38,321 nucleotides of DNA from assembly GCA_021399395.1 (NCBI GenBank), contig JAAFKJ010000017.1:1-38321 (forward strand), in the 5' to 3' direction. Below are positions 20,050 to 28,840 of this stretch, piece by piece (within the stretch, counting starts at the first letter, position 1; each line of letters starts with the position of its first letter). A program made the position numbers and the translations under genes. Below the pieces are notes generated by a model. That model did not search any database. It saw only the letters and a list, made by a program, of their open reading frames with translations, and was not told the DNA's origin. Source of the DNA: Candidatus Heimdallarchaeota archaeon (GTDB lineage: Archaea; Asgardarchaeota; Heimdallarchaeia; Heimdallarchaeales; Heimdallarchaeaceae).

Positions 20050-20799
20050 TTAGCTATAGAAGTCGTCTTCTTCGCGAACGTTTATATCCCCATCTTTGAT
20101 AATAGGTTCTACTTGGTAGACTATTCTTCCCTTCCAGAAATACTCACCAGTACGATAAATAGGATTCTTCCTCAGATAAGCTAAAGTGCTTCGTGGAATA
20201 TCATATTTGTTGCTAATAGTTGACATTGTAACATTATCTTCAAACATTTGAAAAATATCAATTAGCTTTGGTCTCATTTCCTCATCAATTTTTAGTTTAC
20301 CATCCTCTATCTTATATCCTATAGGTGGTCTAGACATGATCTTCTGATCCTGTATTCTACGTTTGATTCCGTACATTCTTTTCTGTCTATATTTCTTCAA
20401 CTCTTCTTCTCCCAGCAGATCATAGATTCTTGTAACTAGCATTTCTTCAGATTCTTCTGTAGCCCTGATTTCAACTCCTCTGCTTCGGAGTAGTACAGAA
20501 GCGTATCCAAGCATATCAACTTCTCTCGAAATTCTATCTCTTGTCTGTACCCACACTTCCCTGATTGGGTCTTCTGGTCTTTGAGAATTATAGGTTGAGA
20601 TGAACTCCAACATTTCCTTAAAAGCTGGTCTTTCCTCTATATGACTATCTCCAGAAACATCTTCATCTACGAAAGTGTCTAGAACGTGTCTGTAGCCGAT
20701 CGATTGTATTTTCTTATCAATTACATCAAACTGAGTATCTCTTCCTGATTCTTGATCAGCGGTACTAACTCTCACATAAGTAACGACATTCACATGCAT
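20050..20799 (-). CDS. Serine recombinase (resolvase catalytic domain + short recombinase DNA-binding domain)
   Basis: YVRVST..Q catalytic Ser, DEDVSG..ERPAF, RDRISRE, SRPPIGY, NPIY; ATG 20799 (alternative TTG 20808). Confidence 0.9.
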   Translation of the reverse strand: MHVNVVTYVRVSTADQESGRDTQFDVIDKKIQSIGYRHVLDTFVDEDVSGDSHIEERPAFKEMLEFISTYNSQRPEDPIREVWVQTRDRISREVDMLGYASVLLRSRGVEIRATEESEEMLVTRIYDLLGEEELKKYRQKRMYGIKRRIQDQKIMSRPPIGYKIEDGKLKIDEEMRPKLIDIFQMFEDNVTMSTISNKYDIPRSTLAYLRKNPIYRTGEYFWKGRIVYQVEPIIKDGDINVREEDDFYS

Positions 20800-20907
20800 A
20801 GTTTCCAAAAAGGTGGGTACTTCTTATAACCTAATGTAATCCCTAAATAGTACTTCAGAAATATGGTAGGCCTATCTAATTTTGTCGGGAAAAATACTTT
20901 ACCGAGT

Positions 20908-22017
20908 TTAGGATTTTAAACGATTATATTTCTTCATTATTTCAACTAGTTTATCATGAGGAAGAGCATGGACCTTGTTGTCATTTATTCCTTTCATTGT
21001 TTGTGCATTTACAAGAGCATTAATGATTGATTCTTCTGTTGCTTCAGCTGTAGCTTTAAACAATGGATCAATTAAATTATCATTCAATGAAGTGTAATTT
21101 TTAACAGTTTTATTCCTATCAGTTGAATCGATTTTGTTCGCTGTTGAAAATGCAATAAAGATATCTCCTGAACCATTATGACCATACCCTCCAACTCTTG
21201 CTAATCCAGCTGTAACTCTTTTAGCTATTCGTTTAAGCTGATAAGGTAGAAGAGGTGCATCTGTAGCTACAACAACTATGATTGACCCTTCACTTTCTCT
21301 CTGAATGTTCTCGTAAACTGCATTGATTTCTGGCAATAGTTCATTTTCTAATTCTTTACCAACAGGAACACCACTAACAGTCAGGTGAGATCTCCAACCA
21401 TAATTAGCTTGAACTAGTACTCCGACAGTGAAACCACTAAATTCTTCATCAAGAACTCTTGAGCTTGTTCCAATTCCACCTTTGAACTGATGACAAATCA
21501 TCCCTGTACCTCCACCAACATTTCCTTCAAGAATTTCTCCAGATTTTGCATTATCTAGTGCATCAAACACATGTTCTTTCTTTATATGAAATCCATTTAA
21601 GTCATTCAACCAACCATCATGTGTTTCAGCAACAACTGGTAAACCCCAAAAAACTCGACCTCGGAAAAGATTGTTAGTAAATAACCATTCAACTATTGCA
21701 TCTCTTACAAGACCTACGCTATGAGTATTAGTAATAGCAATAGGTCCTTTCAAATGTCCTGATTCCTCTAACCAATGACTTCCTGTCATTTCACCATTAC
21801 CATTATAAGCGAAAAAACCTGCAAATACCTCACCAGCTGTTTTTCCAAGAGGAAGAATTGTGCTTACTCCTGTTCTTATAGGACCTTTTCCAACAACTAA
21901 TTCACCTTCTCCTTCTATAATTGTTGAATGACCAACTAACACTCCTTCAACATCTGAAATTGCATTATTCTTTCCAGGAGTTCCTTCGAAAGGAATTCCT
22001 AAATCTCTAGCCTTCAT
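20908..22017 (-). CDS. dmpA: DmpA/BapA-type (P1/S58) aminopeptidase, Ntn-like autoprocessing
   Basis: ARDLGI, NAISDVEGVLVGH, NGNGEMTG, TNTHSVG, GGGTGM, FKGGIGTSSR, G|SIIVVVATDAPL cleavage site, SGDIFIAFSTAN. Confidence 0.92.
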   Translation of the reverse strand: MKARDLGIPFEGTPGKNNAISDVEGVLVGHSTIIEGEGELVVGKGPIRTGVSTILPLGKTAGEVFAGFFAYNGNGEMTGSHWLEESGHLKGPIAITNTHSVGLVRDAIVEWLFTNNLFRGRVFWGLPVVAETHDGWLNDLNGFHIKKEHVFDALDNAKSGEILEGNVGGGTGMICHQFKGGIGTSSRVLDEEFSGFTVGVLVQANYGWRSHLTVSGVPVGKELENELLPEINAVYENIQRESEGSIIVVVATDAPLLPYQLKRIAKRVTAGLARVGGYGHNGSGDIFIAFSTANKIDSTDRNKTVKNYTSLNDNLIDPLFKATAEATEESIINALVNAQTMKGINDNKVHALPHDKLVEIMKKYNRLKS

Positions 22018-22040
22018 AATCTTATTATCCTTCTTCTAGC

Positions 22041-23333
22041 TTATAATTTATCAAATGCATTACTTAGTTTTTCTAAAACACTCAAAGCTTGTTCTTCAGA
22101 AATACAAAGAGGTGGCTGTAAACGGAGAACGTTGCCATAAATTCCACCCAATCCAAGGATTACACCACTATTTTTCAATACATTAACAATGTTTTTAGCT
22201 TCATCAGCAGCAGGAATTTTTGTTTGCTGATCTTTTACAAGCTCTATTCCAATCATTAGTCCTTTACCTCTAACATCACCAATCAACTTGAATTTCTTCA
22301 TAAGATCCTCTAAACCATCAAAAAAGACCTTACCAATTTTGTTTGCATTATCCATAAGATTTTCATCTTCAACAATAGAGATATTTTCTAAGGCTATTGC
22401 AGAACAAACAGGATTTCCACCATATGTTGAGAAGAAATCACCAGATTCAACACTAGCTGCAATTTTTGAAGTTGCGACAGCTGCACCAATTGGCATACCT
22501 CCACCTAAACCTTTAGCCAAGGTCATTAAATCAGGTTCAAGGTTCCAGTAATCCCCTGCTAACATCTTACCTGTTCTTCCTATTCCAGTTTGCACCTCAT
22601 CTGAAATGAAAGGAATATCTCTTTCTTTCAGAATTTTTGTGAGTGTTTCAAAATAGGTATCTGGAGGGACAAGAATTCCTCCTTCACCAAGAATGGGTTC
22701 CATGATAAAAGCAGCAACATCACCAGAGGTATGACGATCAATAATAGCTTCAACTGCTAGAGCAGCTTCAGTTCCAAACTCATCTTCAGGAAGTTTTGAT
22801 CTATAACTGTATGGAACAGGAGCATGAACTACACCAGGGGCATTTGCATAAGTTCCGAAACCTTTCTTATATTTAGCTTGACCTGTTAGACTTAAAGCAT
22901 AACCTAGTCTACCATGAAATGAACATTCAAGAGCTATCATTCCTGCTCCAGTCTTACCTTTGGAAACAGAGTATTTCTTAACAAGTTTCACTGCATTTTC
23001 AACAGCTTCTGTCCCACTATTACAAAGGTAAGTGTACTTTAGGTCACCTGGTGTTATTTCTGCAATTTTTTCTACTAACTTAGTCTGTGGTATGTTGTAA
23101 AATCTCCCAGATGTATGTAGTAACTTTGACATCTGTTCTGTTCCAGCTTTTACTAACCTTTTATGAGCATGACCAACATTAGAAACAGATATTCCTGCAA
23201 AGCAATCAATGTATTCCTTTCCCTCAATATCCTTAAGAATCGCACCATTGCCTTCAGTTAGAACAATTGGTACTCTTGCATATCCTTGAATAAAAAATTC
23301 TTTATCCTTATCCATTATTTCTTTAGAATCCAT
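22041..23333 (-). CDS. Class III PLP-dependent omega-aminotransferase (AGXT2/beta-alanine/GABA-type)
   Basis: NSGTEA, SFHGR, EPILGEGG, DEVQTGIGRTG, AKGLGGG, STYGGNP, LRLQPPL. Confidence 0.92.
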   Translation of the reverse strand: MDSKEIMDKDKEFFIQGYARVPIVLTEGNGAILKDIEGKEYIDCFAGISVSNVGHAHKRLVKAGTEQMSKLLHTSGRFYNIPQTKLVEKIAEITPGDLKYTYLCNSGTEAVENAVKLVKKYSVSKGKTGAGMIALECSFHGRLGYALSLTGQAKYKKGFGTYANAPGVVHAPVPYSYRSKLPEDEFGTEAALAVEAIIDRHTSGDVAAFIMEPILGEGGILVPPDTYFETLTKILKERDIPFISDEVQTGIGRTGKMLAGDYWNLEPDLMTLAKGLGGGMPIGAAVATSKIAASVESGDFFSTYGGNPVCSAIALENISIVEDENLMDNANKIGKVFFDGLEDLMKKFKLIGDVRGKGLMIGIELVKDQQTKIPAADEAKNIVNVLKNSGVILGLGGIYGNVLRLQPPLCISEEQALSVLEKLSNAFDKL

Positions 23334-23430
23334 GAGTTTCTACTTCCTGTAAAAGATTTCTAGTTGAATATCAAAGCCGGAATTTGAATAAAAGATTTTC
23401 CTATTATAAACCATTCTTATCGCAATTAGA

Positions 23431-23438
23431 TTTATAAG
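23431..23438 (+). promoter_or_regulatory. TATA box TTTATAAG, 22 bp before the dehydrogenase ATG (probably leaderless)
   Basis: Canonical archaeal TATA position; no RBS visible. Confidence 0.5.
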
Positions 23439-23460
23439 TAGACTATGCTGGAACATCTTA

Positions 23461-24918
23461 ATGAAAGGTGAGATACTAAAAAATTACATCAATGGCAAAT
23501 GGGTTGATTCTAGAGCAACAAAAACTAGAGATGTTATCAATCCTGCAACTGGAGAAATCCTTGCACAAACGCCAATGGGTACCAAAGAAGATGCTGAAGA
23601 ATCTATTCAAGCAGCTAAAGAAGCTTTTTGGAGATGGAGGACTACCCCTGCTCAATCCAGAATACGTTATTTGTACGAACTCAGAGATGCTTTTGAAGAA
23701 AATTTTGATGAATTAGCTGAGGTATGTACTTTAGAACATGGTAAAACTCTTGATGAATCTAGAGGAGAATATAGAAGAACCATCGAAAGTATAGAAATTG
23801 CTACAAGTATTCCATCTCTTCAAATGGGTTTTAACTTCGAAGACGTTGCTATGGGAATAGATGAAATGATGATCAAGCAACCACTTGGTGTTTTCTTCTG
23901 CGTAGCTCCATTTAACTTTCCAGCTATGGTTCCAGCTTGGTTTTGGCCTCTTGCAATAGCTACAGGAAACACATATATCGTAAAACCCTCTGACCAATGT
24001 CCAATTACTATGGTAAAGCAATTTGAAATTATTGATGAGCTGGATTTTCCAAAAGGTATAATTAATCTAGTTCATGGAGGACCAGATGTAGTAAATACTT
24101 TAATTGAGAATCCAGATACTGTTGGATTATCTTTTGTAGGTTCCTCTAAAATTGGGAACTTACTTTATAGGAAGGCAGGAGAAGTTGGTAAAAGAGTTCA
24201 AGTTCAAGGAGGAGCTAAGAATTTCATTACAGTAATGCCGGATGCAGATTTGGAAAGAACTATTCCAAATTTAATTACTTCTTTCTATGGAAATGCAGGA
24301 CAACGTTGTCTAGCTGGAGGAGTTTTATTAGCAGTGGGAGAAGTCTATGAACCTCTAAAGGATAAAATTCTCGATGCAGCAAAGAAGATTAAGCTTGGGT
24401 ATGGAATGGACGAAGATACTCAAATGGGTCCTTTAGCCTCGAAAGCTGGAATGGATAATGTTCTGAAATTCATAGATAAGGGAATAGAAGAAGGTGCTGA
24501 ATTAATACTAGATGGAAGAAACCCAAAATTAGATGATAATCTAATCAATGGCAGTTTCATAGGACCAACTATTTTCGATAAAGTAACCCCAGAAATGACT
24601 ATTGCAAAAGAAGAGATTTTCGGACCTGTTATTCCAATAGTTAAAGTAAATAGCTTAGAGGAAGCAATTGAGATCATCAATAAAAGCAGGTATGGTAATG
24701 CTTCTTCAATATTCACTTCAAGTGGAAAAAGTGCAAGAGATTACCAGTACAATGTGAACGCTGGTAACATAGGTATTAACATCGGTGTAGCTGCACCTAT
24801 AGCATCTTTTCCTTTCTCTGGGATGAAAGATAGTTTCAAAGGAGATCTACATGGTCAAGGTAAAAGTGGTGTGGATTTCTTCACAGAGGATAAAGTTGTA
24901 ATTACTAGATGGTTCTAA
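23461..24918 (+). CDS. mmsA: CoA-acylating (methyl)malonate-semialdehyde dehydrogenase
   Basis: PFNFPAMVP, SFVGS, GKRVQ..GGAKN, AGQRCLA, EEIFGP, YGNASSIFT, FSGMKDSFKGDLH, VITRW: the MMSDH-specific pattern. Confidence 0.9.
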   Translation: MKGEILKNYINGKWVDSRATKTRDVINPATGEILAQTPMGTKEDAEESIQAAKEAFWRWRTTPAQSRIRYLYELRDAFEENFDELAEVCTLEHGKTLDESRGEYRRTIESIEIATSIPSLQMGFNFEDVAMGIDEMMIKQPLGVFFCVAPFNFPAMVPAWFWPLAIATGNTYIVKPSDQCPITMVKQFEIIDELDFPKGIINLVHGGPDVVNTLIENPDTVGLSFVGSSKIGNLLYRKAGEVGKRVQVQGGAKNFITVMPDADLERTIPNLITSFYGNAGQRCLAGGVLLAVGEVYEPLKDKILDAAKKIKLGYGMDEDTQMGPLASKAGMDNVLKFIDKGIEEGAELILDGRNPKLDDNLINGSFIGPTIFDKVTPEMTIAKEEIFGPVIPIVKVNSLEEAIEIINKSRYGNASSIFTSSGKSARDYQYNVNAGNIGINIGVAAPIASFPFSGMKDSFKGDLHGQGKSGVDFFTEDKVVITRWF

Positions 24919-24931
24919 ATAAGGTGATTCA

Positions 24932-25330
24932 ATGACATTAGGAACTTTAGGAGCTGTAATAAAATACGCTCTAAAACTAGAAGCAGCAGTTATATCATTA
25001 TATGAGAAAGCGCTTGAGACTGCAAATGTTAAAGAGGATAATGCAACTATCACGTCCAAGGTATCACAAGGTCAAAAAAATATCAAGAAATTAAAGAAAC
25101 TTCAACGAGAAAATACTACAGAAATGATACTAGAACCAATCAAAGATTTTCACAAAGATTCCTTTGAAGAAATACTTCAAACAGATTTGGAAACTTTCAA
25201 TTTTGAAAGATCAGGTGAGATAGAAAATAAGATTGCTTTATTCTACGAAGAAGCTGCATCAAAAGTTAGTTTCATTCAAGAGGCATCATATATCTTTCAA
25301 CAGCTTGCACTAAAGCATTCGGAAGAGTAG
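24932..25330 (+). CDS. Degenerate ferritin-like/rubrerythrin-like four-helix protein
   Basis: A..LE......Y (ALKLEAAVISLYE) repeated as EIENKIALFYE; RENTTEMILEPI; AGGTGA RBS. Confidence 0.6.
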   Translation: MTLGTLGAVIKYALKLEAAVISLYEKALETANVKEDNATITSKVSQGQKNIKKLKKLQRENTTEMILEPIKDFHKDSFEEILQTDLETFNFERSGEIENKIALFYEEAASKVSFIQEASYIFQQLALKHSEE

Positions 25331-25350
25331 ATATTAGCTAGATTTAAAAT

Positions 25351-25421
25351 AAGAAGGAAAAGAAGGAAAAGAAAAGATTTGACTTGAAAAGGTTTTTTTG
25401 GTGAAATTATAGTCAAATCTT
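25351..25421 (-). terminator. 11-bp inverted repeat AAGATTTGACT...AGTCAAATCTT followed by a pyrimidine tract on the minus strand
   Basis: Arms at 25374-25384 and 25411-25421, 26-bp spacer, between convergent genes. Confidence 0.5.
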
Positions 25422-26869
25422 CAGTCTTCTTCTAACTCAATTGTCTTCTTGTGTAGTATAAATCGTTCCCATTCAAATGTTATTTGACCATCAGTATGCT
25501 TAGTAAAAGGTGTATCCAATTTACCATATGGAGTAGTAACATAATAGTTCATACATTCGGGATCATCATTTCCTGGAATCAAAGGTACAACATTCTTATC
25601 GACCCAATTTTCATCAGTTAAGTAGAGTAGGCCATTTCTATTTTGTATTTGTATGATAGTTGCTTTCTTGTATGATTCATATCTTCCACTTAATAATCTC
25701 ATGTGTTTTCTTTTCTTGAAATATGGCATTTCTTCGTCTGGATTTTTACCAAGTAGTAAGGCAAAAGATTTCAACATCAGGTGCAGTGGTATCCAATTAA
25801 CATTTTGAAGCTGAACATACGTTAGATTGAGCTCAGGAATGAAACCTACCCATCCACCTGAAACTCCGGACATCCCCCCATGAGTAATCAAGCGATATCC
25901 AAAGAAATTGTCGTAAATCTTCCAACCATATCCATAAGTTGTATCTAAATCTGGATAATAGTGGAAGTATTTTGCTTGTATATTTTTGTTATGTGGTTGC
26001 CACATTTCTTTTACAAGATCTTCTTTTAAAATTCTTACTCCTTTATATTCTCCACCATTAACTTGACAAAGAATATAATTGGTCATTTCCCTCACACTAG
26101 AGATTAAACCACCAGATCCTGCGATGAAAGGTCCAGATAATAGATCTTTTTGCTCTCTGAACATCTCATTATTTGCTACTCCATAATTAAAACCACGAGA
26201 AGCATTTCCATCCTCTTCAGCTTTTTTGTTGGAAAATGTGCTTCTATTCATTCCTAAAGGAGTCAAAATGTTCTTCTCAATATATTCCTCGTACTTTAAA
26301 CCACTGATTTTTTCAATAATCTTCCCAAGTAAGCTAAAGCCAGCATTCCAATAGTAGTATTTTGTACCTGGAGCACTCAAAACTTCTGAAGTAGCATCAT
26401 TTACGTGGAAATAGAAATCATCCCAATTACCCATAGGAAAATCCGGAGGATTATTTCTTACTAGTTTTTGATTCTTTTGTGAGAAATAGAATGTGTTTAA
26501 TGAAGGTATACCAGAAGAGTGACTCATCAAGTGTTTGATAAGAATAGGATTCTCTTCAAAACCTAATTCGAATGGAATATATTTAGAAACAGGATCGTTA
26601 ATGTCTAGTTTCTCTTGCTCATAAAGCTGCAGTATTCCTAAACAAGTTATAGATTTGGTAATCGAAGATACTCCATACAAAGTGTCCTTCGTTGCAGCTT
26701 TTACGTCTTTTCCACTTTCTCTTAGACCGAAAGAACGTTCATAAATAGCATTGTTATCTTTTGTAATGTAAACTGAAATTCCAGGAACTTTGAAATCACG
26801 CATAACTTTTACGACTTCTTTTTCAAACTTCTTTTTGAAGTTATTCACATTTATCTCTGGGGCGTTCAT
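25421..26869 (-). CDS. Serine hydrolase, beta-lactamase/S12 family (Pab87-like D-stereospecific peptidase)
   Basis: SxxK (SITK), LMSHSSG, YxN (YWN), PLGM, HGG; extra C-terminal beta domain; no signal peptide. Confidence 0.88.
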   Translation of the reverse strand: MNAPEINVNNFKKKFEKEVVKVMRDFKVPGISVYITKDNNAIYERSFGLRESGKDVKAATKDTLYGVSSITKSITCLGILQLYEQEKLDINDPVSKYIPFELGFEENPILIKHLMSHSSGIPSLNTFYFSQKNQKLVRNNPPDFPMGNWDDFYFHVNDATSEVLSAPGTKYYYWNAGFSLLGKIIEKISGLKYEEYIEKNILTPLGMNRSTFSNKKAEEDGNASRGFNYGVANNEMFREQKDLLSGPFIAGSGGLISSVREMTNYILCQVNGGEYKGVRILKEDLVKEMWQPHNKNIQAKYFHYYPDLDTTYGYGWKIYDNFFGYRLITHGGMSGVSGGWVGFIPELNLTYVQLQNVNWIPLHLMLKSFALLLGKNPDEEMPYFKKRKHMRLLSGRYESYKKATIIQIQNRNGLLYLTDENWVDKNVVPLIPGNDDPECMNYYVTTPYGKLDTPFTKHTDGQITFEWERFILHKKTIELEED

Positions 26870-26898
26870 TCTTATTCACACTCTAACATACAAATATT

Positions 26899-26958
26899 AT
26901 GTTTAGTTTTTAACGTTTTTGCTAAACATATATTTTTTACCCCGAAATACTTATATAT
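26899..26958 (+). promoter_or_regulatory. Operator ATGTTTA-N17-TAAACAT + BRE CCCGAAATA + TATA, upstream of the SBP gene
   Basis: Same architecture repeated at 28843-28898. Confidence 0.65.
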
Positions 26959-27029
26959 TTCTGAACTTCTTTTATGATAGTCTTTGACGAAGTATCAAAG
27001 GCAAGGAAATAAAAAAGGATTGATAAAAT

Positions 27030-28778
27030 TTGAAAAATAAATTATTAATCGCAGCAGCAGTTTTGTTTGCTGCACTTATGACGACATCATCATCTATGTC
27101 TGTCCTTGCTCAAGATGACCCATTTGTTGGTGGTAGCATAACTGTTGCCAGTGGAACCGATCCACTAACACTTAACCCTCTAACATATGGTTCAATCTAT
27201 GAAGGATATATTATAGATTTTGTTTATGATGCACTTATAGCATTAGATACTGAGAATAATCCAATGCCTATTTTAGCTGAGTCTTGGGAACACAGCACAG
27301 ATAACACTGTATGGAACTTCACAATAAGATCCGGTGCAGTATGGCATGATGGTATTCCGTTAACATTAGATGACGTCGAGTATACATGGAATCTGAAACT
27401 AGGTGATGCTGGTCTTCCACGAAGAAGTTGGTTATTTGATGACCTTATTGGAATAACCAAGTTTCCAGCAGAAAATAAAATTCAAGCCGAATTTGATTTT
27501 TCACCAAAAAGTGCTGACATACTCCTAGATTTTGCAACTGGTACAATTTTACCTGAACATATTTGGGATGCTGTTGGAGATATTTACTCCTTCAACAATG
27601 AAGAGCCCCTAGGTAGTGGTCCATTCGTATTTGAAGAATGGGAAACAGGACAGTTCATTAAATTGTCTAGAAATCCAAACTACTTCTTAGATGGTCCATG
27701 GATTGAAGAATTGATTGTTCAATTAATTCCTTCAACTGAATCACAATATTACGCCTTAAGTACCGGTGAAATTGAAATGATGGGTGGCCCACCACCAGAA
27801 TTAGAAGCTTTAGCAGAGGTGGATCCAAACATTGAAGTTCATGAATTTTACCAAGATTACATCATGTACTTAACCATGAACCAGAGAAGATACCCAAATA
27901 ATGTGCTAGAATTCAGACAAGCTGTTCTAACTGGAATTAACAGAGATGAAATTGTTGATATTGCTCGTTATGGACGTGGTTTAACCTGTCCAGCTTCAAT
28001 GAGCTTACCATACGGTCTCTATTATAATCCAGATATTCCACAGTACGACTATGATGTTGCTGCAGCCAAGGCTCTATTAGATAGCATTGGATTTACTGAT
28101 GACATCGGAAGCGATGGAATTAGAGAAGATGCTAATGGCACAGATCTTTCATTTGAATTGTTAGTTTCAGCTGAAGCTCAAGAATCAGTTGATACTGCAA
28201 AACTAATCGAAGATTACATGGCCGATATTGGTGTTGAAGTAACACTCGTTCCAATCTTATTTGATCTCTTATGGACATATGTCGGTGGTCCTGGAGGAAC
28301 TTATCCAGATAAGTACGACTATGATTGGGCATTCCTCGGTTGGGTAGGCTTCTGGAGTGATTTCTATCCAAACTGGGCATATTGGATGTTCAGTGCTGAT
28401 AGATGGTGGGGATCAGATGAAGTAAACATTCCTGGATGGGATGGTACCCCAAAGGATGATGTTACTGCGCTTTGTGATGACATTTTGTATACAGTCAATG
28501 AAACTGAAATTTCAGAAAAGCTTGACGAAATACAAATGATTGTTGCAACCGATCTACCATACATACCAATTAATGTACTTGGTGGTGTTGCACTGTACAG
28601 AACAGATGAGTTCGCAGGATATGTCATGGGTAATACAACTGGACCAGACAATTGGATGACTTGGCTTAATTTGCATCTGATTGAACCTGTAGAAACCGAA
28701 GTTGCTCCAGCATTTACAATAATTGCTGCAGTAGTATCTGTATTTGCAGTAGCCAGATTCAGAAAACGTAAAAAATAA
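27030..28778 (+). CDS. oppA: Oligopeptide/dipeptide ABC transporter substrate-binding protein (family 5), C-terminally anchored
   Basis: Signal peptide, DPLTLNP, PILAESW, WHDG.P.T.DDV, GSGPF, RNPNY, FRQA, DLPYIP; PAF + TM + RFRKRKK tail. Confidence 0.92.
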   Translation: MKNKLLIAAAVLFAALMTTSSSMSVLAQDDPFVGGSITVASGTDPLTLNPLTYGSIYEGYIIDFVYDALIALDTENNPMPILAESWEHSTDNTVWNFTIRSGAVWHDGIPLTLDDVEYTWNLKLGDAGLPRRSWLFDDLIGITKFPAENKIQAEFDFSPKSADILLDFATGTILPEHIWDAVGDIYSFNNEEPLGSGPFVFEEWETGQFIKLSRNPNYFLDGPWIEELIVQLIPSTESQYYALSTGEIEMMGGPPPELEALAEVDPNIEVHEFYQDYIMYLTMNQRRYPNNVLEFRQAVLTGINRDEIVDIARYGRGLTCPASMSLPYGLYYNPDIPQYDYDVAAAKALLDSIGFTDDIGSDGIREDANGTDLSFELLVSAEAQESVDTAKLIEDYMADIGVEVTLVPILFDLLWTYVGGPGGTYPDKYDYDWAFLGWVGFWSDFYPNWAYWMFSADRWWGSDEVNIPGWDGTPKDDVTALCDDILYTVNETEISEKLDEIQMIVATDLPYIPINVLGGVALYRTDEFAGYVMGNTTGPDNWMTWLNLHLIEPVETEVAPAFTIIAAVVSVFAVARFRKRKK

Positions 28779-28784
28779 TAATCT

Positions 28785-28825
28785 AGAACTAAGGTTTTAA
28801 ACCTTAGCTTCTCCTATTTTTCTTT
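28785..28825 (+). terminator. Hairpin CTAAGGTT-TTA-AACCTTAG + T tract after the SBP gene
   Basis: Perfect stem at 28789-28807, extendable by AGAA/TTCT, followed by TATTTTTCTTT. Confidence 0.65.
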
Positions 28826-28840
28826 AGAATTGTTAAAAAT

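Noticed and set aside
20050-20808. IS607 or prophage integrase call for the recombinase
   Set aside because: No N-terminal HTH, tnpB, zinc ribbon, phage genes or att/tRNA site visible
25351-25375. AAGAAGGAA tandem duplication
   Set aside because: Explained as the pyrimidine-rich terminator tract of the minus-strand gene
25421-26869. True beta-lactamase / resistance gene
   Set aside because: No signal peptide, and the HGG triad and C-terminal domain fit S12/Pab87-like peptidases
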